The position numbers were made by a program, and so were the translations under genes. Below the pieces are notes generated by a model. That model was not told the origin of the DNA and did not search any database. It worked only from the letters and a program-made list of their open reading frames with translations. Source: the human T2T-CHM13v2.0 reference genome, Homo sapiens. Taken from it: a DNA stretch of 64,000 nt. Positions 42,360 to 59,187 of the stretch are shown piece after piece (the stretch's first letter is position 1; each line of letters starts with the position of its first letter). The stretch is taken from NCBI RefSeq assembly GCF_009914755.1, contig NC_060931.1; one strand, given 5' to 3'.

Positions 42360-43614
42360 TCAGTCTTCAGCTGCTAAGCCGAGAAGATCTGGGAAGGAGT
42401 CAGTCAGAGAGCCTTGGGCCAGAGTTCCAGGGGCTCTGGGATTGGCTGCCGGGTGAGTTGGACAGTCCGATTTCCAGTGGGGTCCTGCACAAATGGGACG
42501 TGGCTTAGGAGGAATCCTGGGCTGCAGGCATTCCTTGGCCCAATGGTCAGATTTCCGGCACTTGAAGCAAGATCCTGGGGGAGGTGGTCCTGGAGGAACG
42601 CCTGGCTGCTGCAGTTCAGGTGTTTTGAAGTTCTTGTTTGCTGGAGATGTGGCTGGGGTTTCTCTCAGAGTTGAGGCAAGGAATTGCAACTCAAATACGT
42701 TGCTACTTGGCTGCCTCTACTCTATTCTTGTACACCTTGAAGTGAGGTTAATTAAGTCCTGTTGTGGGGTTTGAGGGCCAGAATTTAATTTTTGGAGCTT
42801 TATTTAATGTTGGGAGCGGATTGGGTAATAAAATGCATATTGAGAATAAGACGGCCTTCTGACCCTTCAGGGTCTAGGGCTGTAAAGCCTGTAAGGGTTG
42901 TTGCCAGATGGGCCATGAACTGGCTGGGTTTTTATATTTGATGAAAAAGAGCGTAAACGCTAACTGATTTGGGAGAGGTCAGATAAAGAAAAAGGAGCAT
43001 TAACCTTGACTATGCCTTTAGCTCCAGCCACCTCTTTAAGAGGAAATTGTTGGGCAGATGGGGGAGGGCTAGTCACAGAACGAAACTGTAAGCCGGACTG
43101 AGTGTGAGGAGAGGAGGTGATAAAAGGATTATAGGGTGGGGGAGCAGAGGCTGAGGAAGAATTGGGACCTGGCTCGGCCTGGTGAGGAGCAGCCTGGGGA
43201 GGAGGGGAGAGTTCAGATGGGTCTGTAGCAAAGGAGGATTCAAAGGACTCAGAGCTTGGGGTGGAGACTGAAGGAACAGACAGGAGAGAAAGAAGAAAGA
43301 TTTGGGATGAGTCGCATTGGGAGCAGAGACTAGGGAGGGACCAATGTGTAAAAGAATGCCTGGACGTCAGGCATCTCAGACCATTTTTCCATTTTTCCAC
43401 AAAAATTATCTAGATCTTGTAGGATGGAGAAATTGAAAGTGCCATATTCTGGCCATTTAAAGCTATTATCAAGTTTGTACTGCAGCCACGCAGTGTTGCA
43501 GAAGAAAATAAGGCATTTAGGTTTTAGGTCAGGTGTGAGTTGAAGAGGTTTTAGGTTTTTAAGAACACAGGCTAAGGGAGAAGAAGGGGGAATGGAGGGC
43601 AGAAGTTTGCCCAT
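42360..43614 (-). pseudogene. HERV-H gag relic
   Basis: MGKLLPSIPPSSPLAC..., PPPY late domain, knuckle CFKCRKSDHWAKEC, ends GLAAED-TGA; frameshifted, capsid region appears shortened. Confidence 0.88.
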
Positions 43615-44135
43615 AGTGAAGGAGGTAAGTTTAAAGAGAAAGGTAGAGACACAGAGAAGGGGGTGGGTGAGCAGCCAAAGCAGGCGTCCCCTGCTTTTGC
43701 AGTTGACGTACCACCAAGGGAATGTGGGTGAGTGACCAAGGCAGGTGTCCCCACCGTGATCAGACACCAATGGAGTGTGGGTGAATAATCAGGCAGGCGT
43801 CCCCGCAGTGATTAAACACCAAGGGAAGACTGTCTTCCCAAGTCCGTGACTGGTGCTGGAGTTTTGGGTCCATGGATAAAATGTGTCTCCTTTGTCTCTA
43901 CTAGAGATGAAAAAGAACTGGAATTGGAAGGACAGGGAGATTGAAGGGTAGTGAGAGAGGGAGTTTGAAGGGTAGCAAGAGAGGCTGGAGAAGAGAGTGA
44001 AAAGACTGCTTACCTGATTTGAAATTGGTGAGCTGTTCCTTGGGCTGGTTGGTCTGAGGACCCAAGGTTGTAGGTGGATGTCCTCACAGAGTGAGGGCAA
44101 GGACAGGGGACTGGTCTCCTGAAGGAGTCCTCCTA

Positions 44136-44153
44136 TCCCAGGTTTTGGCACCA
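44136..44153 (-). other. HERV-H primer-binding site (Phe-like)
   Basis: TGGTGCCAAAACCTGGGA, 2 nt after the 5' LTR. Confidence 0.85.
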
Positions 44154-44656
44154 AATGTCATGAGCGTCCGTGTGAAGAGAGTCCACCAAACAGGCTTTGT
44201 GTGAGCAACAAGGCTGTTTATTTCACCTGGGTGCAGGCGGGCTGAGTCCGAAAAAGGAGTCAGCGAAGGGAGATAGGGGTGGGGCCATTTTATAGGATTT
44301 GGGTGGGTAGTGGAAAATTATAATCAAAGGGGGTTTTCTCTTAGGGGCAGGGGCGGGGGTCACAAGGTGCTCAGTGGGGGAGGTTTTGAGCCAGGAGAAG
44401 GAATTTCACAAGGTTAATCGCTCAGTTAAGATGGGGCAGGAACAAATCACAATGGTGGAATGTCATCAGTTAAGGCAGGAACAGGCCATTTTCACTGCTT
44501 TTGTGATTCTTTGGTTACTTCAGGCCATCTGGATGTATACGTGCAGGTCACAGGGGAGGATGGCTTAGCTTGGGCTCAGAGGCCTGACAGTCGTTTTATC
44601 TAAATCAGCGTGAGACCAAGGACCCTGGTGTTCCTCCAGTCATTGGAGCCATATCA

Positions 44657-45900
44657 TTTGTGTTCTTAAGACCAAAATACATGGGCAAAGATCCTACTTG
44701 ATTCTTACAATGTAAAAATCTCCCAGTTAGTAAACAAAGGCCTGGTTTGAGTCACCACAATATAGTCATGGCCCCTGACCTAATTCTCACACCTAGGTCA
44801 GACTAAGAATGAAGAGCCAGAGAAAAGGCCCTGTCATCACATCACAAGTTCTTGCCATGAATCTTCTTTTCTCCAAGCCTTCTTCACAGGATCCAAGGGC
44901 ACCAGACACTCTGGGGATTATCAGACACTGTGTATGCACTAACACTAATTCTTGGAGACCCAGAATTCCACTGTGACTTCCCATCAGAGTGAAAGCATTA
45001 CTGCTACATTGAGGGAGTAGCCCTTACAAACAGTGGAGACAGGAAATCTTCCAAGGGAACAGAATTGTTAAGTAACATATCTCCTCCATTCTGTCAGGAG
45101 GTAGAGATGTCTGATATAAAAATCTATGCTGATTCACAGATAGTGGCTAATAACATAACCAGATGACCAGAAATTTGGAAAGAACACAACTGGGTATGAG
45201 GTCTGGAGGAAAAGTATGCCCAGAGTTCTTGGAATGGGCCCAAAGAATCAGAATATTTGTGTCCTATGTGAATGCTCAGTTAAAAGCCTTCAGTGCTTAT
45301 ACTAATCAAGTGGTCAAGATGACCTCTGTATGGATGTCAATCGGCTGTCTTTTCCAGCCACCCCAGTGCTTAAGATTCATGGTCAAATTGGCCAAGAGTG
45401 CAGGGATGTGGCCTCCACAATGTGGACTTCCCCCTCACCACAGCTGACATGACAACCCAGCTATATTGACAGCCTACTTGTCAGCAGCAGTGACCAACCA
45501 GGCAAGTCCACACCCAGGAGAGAACAGCCCAAGTCTGACGGCAGGTTGATTACATCTGATCCTCTTCTATCACAGAGCAGGCAGCAATTTGTCCTTCCTG
45601 GAGGGGACACACCTTGGAATTGTATTTGTTTTGTATGTTCTCCAAATTTTTACCACCACCACCCTTCATGAACTTACTAAATGGTTTTTACATTGTTTGT
45701 TAGGCTATCCCATAGACATTGCTTCTGATCATGAAACTCACTTTATGGTGAAAAGAGGGCAGGTATGTCAGCTCAGTGATTTCATCAAAGAACTGAGAAA
45801 CAAAGTGCAATGCAGGGTGACGTGTCTCAGTTTAATACTAGTGATCCACTAAGTCTTTGTTTTTATCCCCTGGGATTCTGAGCTTTGCTGGTTTAGAACC
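44657..45900 (+). mobile_element. Ancient ERVL-type internal relic (other piece at ~37780-37933)
   Basis: Degenerate IFVSYVNAQ (RNase H-like) and IASDHETHF (integrase-like) peptides. Confidence 0.6.
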
Positions 45901-46358
45901 TTGAACCTCCTGGGAGCAAGTGATCCTCCTACCTCAGCCTCCCAAGTAGCTGGGACTAGAGGCATACCATCATGCATGGCTAATTTTTTTTTTAAGAGAT
46001 GGGGTCTCACTATGTTGCCCAGGCTTACTTGTATATTTTAATTAATGTTCTCCTTTTTGCTGTTCCCTTACCCCATTACTATATAGTTAAGATATTAGAT
46101 ACGCAGATTGTATTGATGGTGGCTAACTTTATAATTTAGTTCATATATGAGAGAATATCAAGATAAAATCATAACTGGAACTAGGAGAGGAATGGATGTC
46201 ATTTAAATATCTTGGGCTTGGAGCTGGATGTAGTATAGTAGAGGGATGTGATTTCATTTCTGGTTGAGCGGATAATTAAATGTATTTGAATTATGTGTAA
46301 ATTTCACATTTTTTGATATACAAAGAACAGATAATTGTATCAGTAGGTAATAGGATAT

Positions 46359-46364
46359 TTTATT
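46359..46364 (-). terminator. Candidate PEX1 polyadenylation signal
   Basis: AATAAA on the minus strand ~410 nt past the stop; another at ~46467-46472. Confidence 0.5.
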
Positions 46365-46771
46365 TCAAAACAGTGAAGAAGCTGCTAAGCATAAAATTTG
46401 TCAAATGCTACAAAGGTGATGAATATACAACTGGGAATTCCAAGAAATTTAAATTTAATTACATTCTTTATTATCTTTTCCTCAAAAGAAATAAATTAGT
46501 TCCACCATTTGGCTAATATTATTTCATTAAAGACTGAATTTAGATTTTAGGAAATAAAATATGGAATCTGTTATAATGTCCCAATTTATACTACAGTATT
46601 AATCTCAATCCTGATCATTACATAATTATAGCATTTACCAATCTGTGATTTTATAAATTAACCAAATTTGTTAAATTAAGAAGAAATTCATAGACACCAT
46701 TTTTTTCCTGTTACAACATATGGAAAAGCCATCAAAAAACTTAACAGAACCAAATCAAAAAGAAGTATATT

Positions 46772-47011
<240 letters not shown>

Positions 47012-47982
47012 TTACAAATAAAGTTGCACTCCAATAGAAAACGGAGCAAAGGGGATGAAGAGACAAGTTAGAAAAGATAAAATACAAATGACAATGAATA
47101 ATATGAAAAATTATAACTTCTACACTTTAATCAAAGAAATGTAAATTATTGATATCATTTTTCTAAAATCAAAAGGGCCAAGTTTAGAAAAATACTGCAA
47201 CACACAATGTTAGTGATGGTGCAGTATATCTGGCAGGCAATTTGGCAATACATTTCAAAAGCCTTAAAAAATGTGAGCTCCCTGTTATACAATTCCACCT
47301 CTATCCTAGTGAAACAATTAGATATGTGCATATATTCAGCTGCAAGAATGTTCATTACCACATTGCCTGGGAGCAATTTAAATGTCTAAAAATTGGATAT
47401 TGTGGCATAGCTACACTATAAAATGACATTTAAAAACAATAAAGTAGTTAACATTTAAAATGTAAAACAATTTTCAGGATGTATGTGGATAAAGGGGGAC
47501 TGCTATATAGCAATATGTACAGACTGTTCTTACCATAATAGGAAAACATATATAAGCATATAAACAAATATGCTTTGGGAGGTGGTGGGCTTAACAGAAA
47601 TTTGTTTCCTTATTTTTCCTTACCTCTGTTTTCTGATTCTTCTTTAATAAATACATAGCACTAACGTATGTACACATACATACATACTTCAAAGTACTGC
47701 AAAATTAGATAACAAAAGGTAGCAGCTTCTAAAGACCAGGAATAAACATCTCTTAAATTGAATCACACTGAATCATTGACCTAGAATGGTTCCCAGTCCA
47801 TGGGTCTCAGATGCATAGGTGGCCATAAACTCAATTGCAAGGATCCTTTAAATCCAATGTATAACAAATGTGGTCCACAAATGAATAAATCTGAATGTAT
47901 TTAAATGTTCTTGAGGTCAATAAAATATTAATATAAATTATTTTGAAGGCAAAACAGGTATTTTTATAACAAAATTTTATAA

Positions 47983-48349
<367 letters not shown>

Positions 48350-48606
48350 AAAGTTACTAAAATTAAATGAGTCCATTATGAATAATTCAAATATAATCAA
48401 ATGAACTGGTTAATGAAAACTCAATTTTGACTTCTGTACTTCTGACATTTTGGGGTTTTTTAATGCATAGCTACGACACATATTTTTTGAATTAGCTTTT
48501 AAATATTCAAAATATTTTTATTTTAAACACGAACTTTAAAGGTTTAAGTGTAATACTATGTCACTTGTAATAGTAGCTGTACTTCCAAAACAGAATCTGT
48601 TACTTA

Positions 48607-48807
<201 letters not shown>

Positions 48808-48998
48808 TTACTTCTTATTGTCAGTTTTTTCAAGAGACCATACGTTCTCTTCCTTATAAGATAATGAAACATTGAAAGCAAGGAAGCACATAACCATGAC
48901 TGAGTTAATGTGTTCTGGTCCCTTGTTTATAAATATAGCTCGTTTATAAGTCAAAGAAATATATATCAAAAGGGTGAAACAATTTTTAAGAAGTTTTA

Positions 48999-49280
<282 letters not shown>

Positions 49281-49667
49281 CTATGTGTTTACCAAATATA
49301 AAAATTAAACATTTTAAGCAATAAAACATTAACATAGATAAGTATACATGTTAATTAACTGAAATTAAGCAAGCTGAAAAGTTGTTCATCTTTTATAAAG
49401 GTTCACTGATACCTGTGTTATAGAACCACCATCAAGTGAAAATTGCCATAACACAGGGTAGGTTTTTTTAACTTTGTTGCTTAAATCCAACACACTAATG
49501 CCCAAGGACAGGTTTCTTCATTTTCAGAAAGTAAAGTTATACTAAGTTTCTGGGACATTTCTAAATAGAATAAATTAAAAACAGAATTAAAGACTAAAAT
49601 TAAACCACCACCTTACTGTTCTTGGGAATAAAAATGAATTGCTTTTATATTTTTAAAGTCTGAGTTA

Positions 49668-49968
49668 GGCTAGGCATAGTGGCTCACACCTGTAATCCTA
49701 GCACTTTGGGAGGTCAAGGCACGCAGATAGCTTGAGCCCAGGAGTTTGAGACCAGCCTGGGCAATATGGTGAAACCTCGTCTCTACAAAACATACAAAAA
49801 TTAGCTGGGCATGGTGGCATGTGCCTGTAGTCCCAGCTACTCAGGAGGCTGAGGTGGAAGAATCACCTAAGCCCAGGAGGTCAAGGCTGCAGTGAGCCAT
49901 AATTGTGCCACTGCACTCTAGTCTGGATGATAGAGTGAGACTGTCTCAAAAAAAAAAAAAAAAAAAAA
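49668..49968 (+). mobile_element. Alu
   Basis: Alu consensus with poly-A tail. Confidence 0.9.
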
Positions 49969-50557
49969 GCCTAAATTAATAAAGCAAATGTACAAAAAAC
50001 CAGGAAACATATAGATAACCAAACACATGTACAGATGTTACATGTACCAATAAAATTACAGTGAACCACTATTAATTTTTAGAAGAGATGTTGAATGCTA
50101 GTAGAACAGTGATACTGCCCACATTTAATCAAAACACTTTCCTGTTGAAACATTATCAGTACACTTCATTGTGCTTACTATGCAGCAAAAGTATCACAGA
50201 TAACACTTTGTTTTCAGGAATTTCTTACATTATTGTATCAAATTATTCATTATCCTCAACTGTTCATGATAACAGAATTTAAGTTTACTATAAAATGGAA
50301 CTGCTCCTAAAGATGTTTTAAAGCCACTAGGTAAGAGAAACCTCAAAGAAACCAAAGGTAATCACAACCACGCGCTACTTTGGTTCCTTGCTCCCAGCCC
50401 TGTCTTGAAAATCTTAACAAGGAATGCAAATTACCAATTAGTGTAAGCAAGAAACAAGACTATTTTACTGAAGAACCAACCAACCAGGAAGAATATGTGG
50501 GGCTGGTTAGGAGAGAAATCACTGCAACTTTACACCAACATATAGCTTTATATTTCA

Positions 50558-50818
<261 letters not shown>

Positions 50819-51467
50819 CTAAAATACACAAAAGGACAACCAGTTTAAAGATGTAAACAATTTTAGTCTCAGAAATAAATAATAACATAGATAGCATTCT
50901 ATTAGAGCAATACAAGAAACTTAGAAGCATTTTTCAAAGAGCTCATTAATTCTCTAACGGTTTTGAGGCACATGGTAAAAATTTAACTATTAAAATTATA
51001 AAGACAAGATAGAATGTGTAGATAATTTACCAACCATCCCCCAAGAAAGTCTGTAATGAAGCTAAGACTCAGACCTCTGGGCTTTATTTTTATGTCTCTG
51101 ACTTTCCATTCATACTTTTCTACTCCAAAATGATGAATCAACCATGTTATAGAGTGCTTTCTCATTATAGAGAGCTCTACAAATACACACCTTTCTGGTA
51201 GTAAAGGGAGAGGGAAGAACTTCAATGGCTTGCCAAAATAGCAAAAACCTAGGGAGTTTCTGATTTAGAAACTGTAGGTTCTGTAGACATTCCAAACAAA
51301 TGTGGTAAAGAAGAGTAATAGAATAATCCTTCCTAGAAAATATATGGTAAAGTCTATAATGTAACAGTTCAAATATCTACTGTAAATATTAAAATCATAA
51401 TACTGTCTTTAGAGAAAAGGCTGATGCTAGGGCTGGGATACAGAAAGTACAAGATAAACCAAGAATA

Positions 51468-51782
51468 TTTTTCTTTTTTGGGGGCAGGGTCTCATTCTGT
51501 CATCCATGCTGGAGTGCAGTGGCACAAGCATGGCTCACTGCATCCTGGATTTACTCAAGCGATCCTCCTGCCACAGCCTCTCCCAAGAAGCTAGGACTAC
51601 AGGTATGTGCCACCATGCCCAGCTAATTTTTAAATTTTTCATAGAGACAAGATCCCACTCTGTTGTCCATAGTGGGTACAGTTTGTGCAACCATGATTTG
51701 GTCTCAAACTAGGCCCAAATGATCCTCCTGCCTTGGCCTGCCAAAGTGCTGGGATTACAGGCGTGAACCACTGCACCTGGCC
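51468..51782 (-). mobile_element. Old Alu (AluJ-like)
   Basis: Diverged reverse Alu; flanking repeat aagaata. Confidence 0.85.
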
Positions 51783-52244
51783 AAGAATAACTTACTGTAT
51801 CTGGAAGTGAGGAAGTGATTCAAGAATGATGAGGACATGTCATAAAGATACAGGAGCCATACAAAAGGGGCTCCTATTGGCCAGATTGGAACAATGTGAG
51901 CTTCAAAACAACAACTTTAACTGATTATTTTTTAAAAGTTAAAGTACAAACAAACAAAAAACTCTAATTATTTTTGTTTGTAGTATTTAATTCATGGTAT
52001 CCCAATTTAAATAATATCCTTGCAAACACCAACATGTTTTTGCCAATATTAAGGTAATGTTAAAGAAACAGACATCAAACTTCATAATTATAAATTCTCT
52101 GCAAAACCCATATTCCAACTATGGAACATTCAACTAAAGGTAAATTTATGTTTCTATACAGTTTTACCAAAGTTGTTTAAAAAATAGCATTTTTTAAGGT
52201 GGAAATTTTGACATTGTACTTCTTTTATCACTCATAAAATGTCA

Positions 52245-52499
<255 letters not shown>

Positions 52500-52668
52500 T
52501 TAAATTGTGTATCTTATGATTTTCTTCATAAATTAACCTTATATATCTAAAAAGCTTTATAAGTAAGTTGAGAAATGTACCAACAGCCTACTATTTATCT
52601 TCCTTGGAATTTTTTCCCCAACAGAAATAATATATATAGGAAAATGAATGAAAATCAAACACTCTTAA

Positions 52669-53002
<334 letters not shown>

Positions 53003-53533
53003 TTATTCACACAGTGCTTATTTTCTAGATTTAGGCAAGTGTGCCAAGAAGGTATTTCAAAAGGAAAATCTAAATAATTTAAATAATAGCTACATGTAAC
53101 ATATATACAGATACTTTATACCTTTGACTATTCATTTGTCTATCTGTTCTTTCATTCATTTATTTGTTTGCTTCTAAATTGGAGAATAAGAGTTGGAACA
53201 ACACAGGACAAGGAAGAGTTGAAAAATTATCTCTATGAAACCTGCTTACATGCTTACGATTCACATGCTTGATTCTGTATCAGAGTTTTTTTTTTGACAG
53301 GATAATGGAAGTATGTAATCTTTGAACAGAAGATAATGTGAAAATATAATACATTAGGTTTCTTGCATTTTTTTTTCCCCAATCAGCCAACACAGAAGGA
53401 TTACAAAGTTTTCAGACTTGCACTGGGCCAAAAAAAGGCTTTGCATCTAATTCAGAATCTTTTTATGCTTTGAGCAAACAGTGGCTAAAGCTTTTCCCTA
53501 AGAAAGCTGGTCTTCTAAGGACAATTGCCATTA

Positions 53534-53767
<234 letters not shown>

Positions 53768-53770
53768 TTA

Positions 53771-53977
<207 letters not shown>

Positions 53978-54011
53978 TCAGGCTTCATAGTTGGCAAAGT
54001 GATTTCATATA

Positions 54012-54203
54012 CATATATGAATGTATTTATTTTATGTATTTATATATATTTATATACTTCTTTTAATTTTTACAACAAACCCTTAAAGAAGGCAAGTTGT
54101 ATGTAATTACATATAAATACATATAAATGTATTTATATATATTTATGTATTTATTTTAATCTTTACAACAAACCCTTAAAGAAGGCAAGGCATATGAAAT
54201 TAC
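54012..54203. repeat. ~93-bp AT-rich tandem duplication
   Basis: tacaacaaacccttaaagaaggcaag at 54071 and 54164. Confidence 0.85.
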
Positions 54204-56028
54204 CCTTGTATTCAGTAAACTGTTGAGGTCAAGGTGTTTATTAAGACCCATGCCTTCTGGATAGACTAACAGGGATCAAAACAAAAACTGACTCTTAGTC
54301 AATAAGTCAAACACTTTTGATTCCTATTACAAGTAACCATTTTTATATTAATATATACTTATTGGCCACCCTTCCTTCTTTTGTGAAATGCCTATTCATT
54401 TATTTTGCCCATTCAAAATTTGGAAAGCTCATTATGTTGGTACTGTTTTGTAAGGGCTCTCTATAAAATATATTTTATTTCTTTTACTTTTTTAATAATT
54501 TGAACTTTGACTTTGTTTTATTAATTTATTAACAAATTTTAATTCAAAATAAGTGAATATTAATTCCATATCTGGCAACAGGTGGACTAGATGTCTGGCG
54601 AATAACACCTAATATAAAACACCTGTCACGGTGATTGAAAAAAATCAACAGCTATCTCATTAAATGCATGGCAAGTAAAATATATCTTCTGGGGCCAAAA
54701 ATAGACCAGAATTATCTGCTACTTGAATGTTTGGCAAAACTCTCCTAGAAAACTGAGTCTGATGTTTGATTTGTGTAAAGACTTCTTTAACTTTTCTAAC
54801 TCAATTTTTACTAAGTTATAGGACTACTCAGATTTTGTTTCTTTTTTGCTCAATTTTGGTCAATTTTGTTTTTGTCTATGTCACCTAAGTTTTCAAATGT
54901 ATTGGCATGAATATTTTCATAATATTCCCTTATTATCTTTTACATTTCTGGGATATCTTTAGCGATGTTTCCCTTTTTATCCCTAAAATTGTTTATTCAT
55001 GCTTTCTTTTTTCTTAATCAAACTTGTTAGAGATTTGTCAATTGTACTCGGTGTTCAAAAAATAAATCTTGGCTTTGTGAGCTTCTCTGTTTTGTGTTTC
55101 ATTAAACTTCATTCTTATCTTTATTATTTCCCTTTTAACATATTTTTTAGTTTATATCTATAATTTTCCTAATTTCATGAGATAGATACATAAGTGGTTA
55201 ACTTCTAACCTTTTTTCTTTTCTAAACATTTAACACTATAAATTTTCCTTGAAATCAGTTTTGCAACATCTAACAATTTTAATGGATAGTATTTTCATTA
55301 TCGTTTGCTCCCAAATATTTTCCACTATAACTTCTCTTTAACCCAGGAATTACGTGGAAGAGGTTTATTTTGTTTATGCTTTTTCCTGGTAAACTCGGTG
55401 GTGAATACATGAAGTATTCATTTTATTATTCTTCCTTAAGCTGCATATGTATTTTATGTATATTCTCTTAACTGTATACTTTATAATAAAATTTTTGGAA
55501 GAATAAAACAGTAACTTTTATTTTAAAACTCCCCATAATGCTATCACATTTGAATAATTATTTTCATCCTTAAATACCATCTTCTGTATTCATATACAGT
55601 TTTTTAATATATGCAAAATAGTTACACTCACTGAAATTAAATTGGCCAGATGGACTCTTGACTTATAAGAGATAAATTAGAAACTGGGGGAAAAAAGAAT
55701 TTAGAACTTACAAAATTTAGAGATAAATTAGGGGCAATTATTTGCTTCATATAAGAATCTACTCTGAGATTTCTTTGAATAACCACTTCGATTCCACTTT
55801 GAGGAGTATTTCTATTGTAAAACAAAACCAAATAATTTCCAAAATTTAATATCTAAAATGTTTTGTATTATTTGATGAAATAGAGAATCCACGTCCTCTA
55901 GCTTATTAATAATTCACATAAACCACAGGTTTCAAATATCAGTTCTTCAAAAAACAAGACCAAAAAAAGCACTGATTGATAAATAATAACAGAGTCAGTT
56001 ACTTTAAAAACATTCATAGGCTACCAAC

Positions 56029-56093
56029 CTAATAAAAATATCCCGAACAGCTTGTTCACTTGCTCCAATGTATTTGCTGAGTAACTCTGGCCC
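56029..56093 (-). CDS. PEX1: PEX1 exon 17
   Basis: GPELLSKYIGASEQAVRDIFI (pore loop); 65 nt; AG/GT. Confidence 0.94.
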
Positions 56094-57104
56094 CTATTGG
56101 GTAAAATAAGAGTTGAGATAAAATTATTTAAAAAGAAAATATAAATTTGGTTTCTGACTAAGTCTAAATGAATCATGGAAATCTTTAATATGATTAAATG
56201 GATGTCTTTTATACATTTTTAAAATTAATGTGTGCTAGAATAAATATCATACCACAAGTTCTATGCTTGATGCTTCTGCCCAGAACATTTTCCCCCGGAT
56301 ATTCTCATGGCTTGTTGCTTCATTTTATTTAGATCTCTGCCCAAATACCACCTCTTCAGAAACCCTTTCCTGACAAGTCCATCTATGACTCACTCCAGTT
56401 ACTCCAAGCCTCCTTACCCTGCTTTTCTTCCTACATAGGACTTACCACCACCATCTGACAGTGAATTATATACTGAATGTGTCTATCTGCTTGTTGTCGC
56501 TTTCCACTAGTAGAATGTAAACTCCAAAAAGGCAGTTTTGTTCACTGCTGAATCCCTTGTGCCAGAAACAGTGTCTGCCACATAAGTATTGGATAATAGT
56601 TTTTCCAAGTGAATAAGTGAATGGTGTAAGAAGGGACAAAGTCCCATCTATCTCAAATTTTAAAAAATGTGTAGAGATATGACTTTAATCAGCATCTTCA
56701 ATTACTGAAACAATGTATTTTCATAGGAGTTAAAGAATATATCATTTTTAGAACATGTGGGAAAAGGCCAAAAAAAAAAAAAGAGAATATATAATCTTCC
56801 CTAAAAGCCAACTGAAAAACCTTTCGAAATAAATTTCCCTGCATATAGCAAAATCAATAATGAGAATAGTCTTTCCTTAAATTGGGATCTTAAAAAAAAC
56901 CTGAATAGGTCCTAAAGTCATCTCTAGTGAAAAATCACTATCTCCAGAAGACCAACTACTGATCAGGATATGTGACCAAAATAAGGAATTTCTAATATTC
57001 AACCACATAAATATCTATTAACATAATAATATTTAATTACATTTCCTCAATACAGTCAGAGAACTATAGGACTAGAGGAGGGAACAAGAAATAACTAAGG
57101 CAAG

Positions 57105-57850
<746 letters not shown>

Positions 57851-58389
57851 TTATAAATCAAGTTTGAATAAGGCTAGAATAATACACGATTCCTTTGTCT
57901 TGGAATCTAATTGCCCTTTGTTAAACTAATATTGCTGATGTCTGAAATTACACAGCTAAGATACTGGATCTGCGACCACAATGACACACCAGTGGTGGAC
58001 TGTGAAGCATTACCCAAAATGATCTGCTAGCATGCCCCTTAATTACCACACTCACCTTATACCTGAAAAAAACTTAGACCTAGTCTCACTTTGACAAAAG
58101 CAATGGTGAGATATAGTCAAAAGTAACAGAACCATAAAAACCCCAGCTTCCTGCCTCAGTATGGTCTCCTGCCTCTAGTTGTCTACTCCCTTTAAGAATG
58201 GTTTGCCCTTTTATCTGAGCATTTATGTATAATTCTGTTCACAATGCATGAAGATTGCCTTAAGCAAGAACATAATAAGCCCTACAAGAGAGAGGTGGCT
58301 CATTACTCAATTTCATACAACTTTTAATAGATGGATCGCTGCTCCCACTAGCTTTCCAAATGTGAGACTAGCCCACAATTGAGAAACAT

Positions 58390-59187
<798 letters not shown>

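Larger units (their letters stand above)
38508..44589 (-). mobile_element. HERV-H provirus with deletions, 6082 bp
   Basis: LTR7-type LTRs (TGTCAGGCCTCTGAGCCCAAG) at 44156-44589 and 38508-38902; 5-bp TSD gttgt/gtcgt; gag/pro/pol relics; env and much of integrase missing. Confidence 0.95.
37934..44656 (+). mobile_element. ERV1-type solo LTR split by HERV-H (pieces ~37934-38507 and 44590-44656)
   Basis: Octamer motifs, ATTAAA at 38461, U5-like sequence continuing across the HERV-H TSD and ending in atatca; family not identified. Confidence 0.6.
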
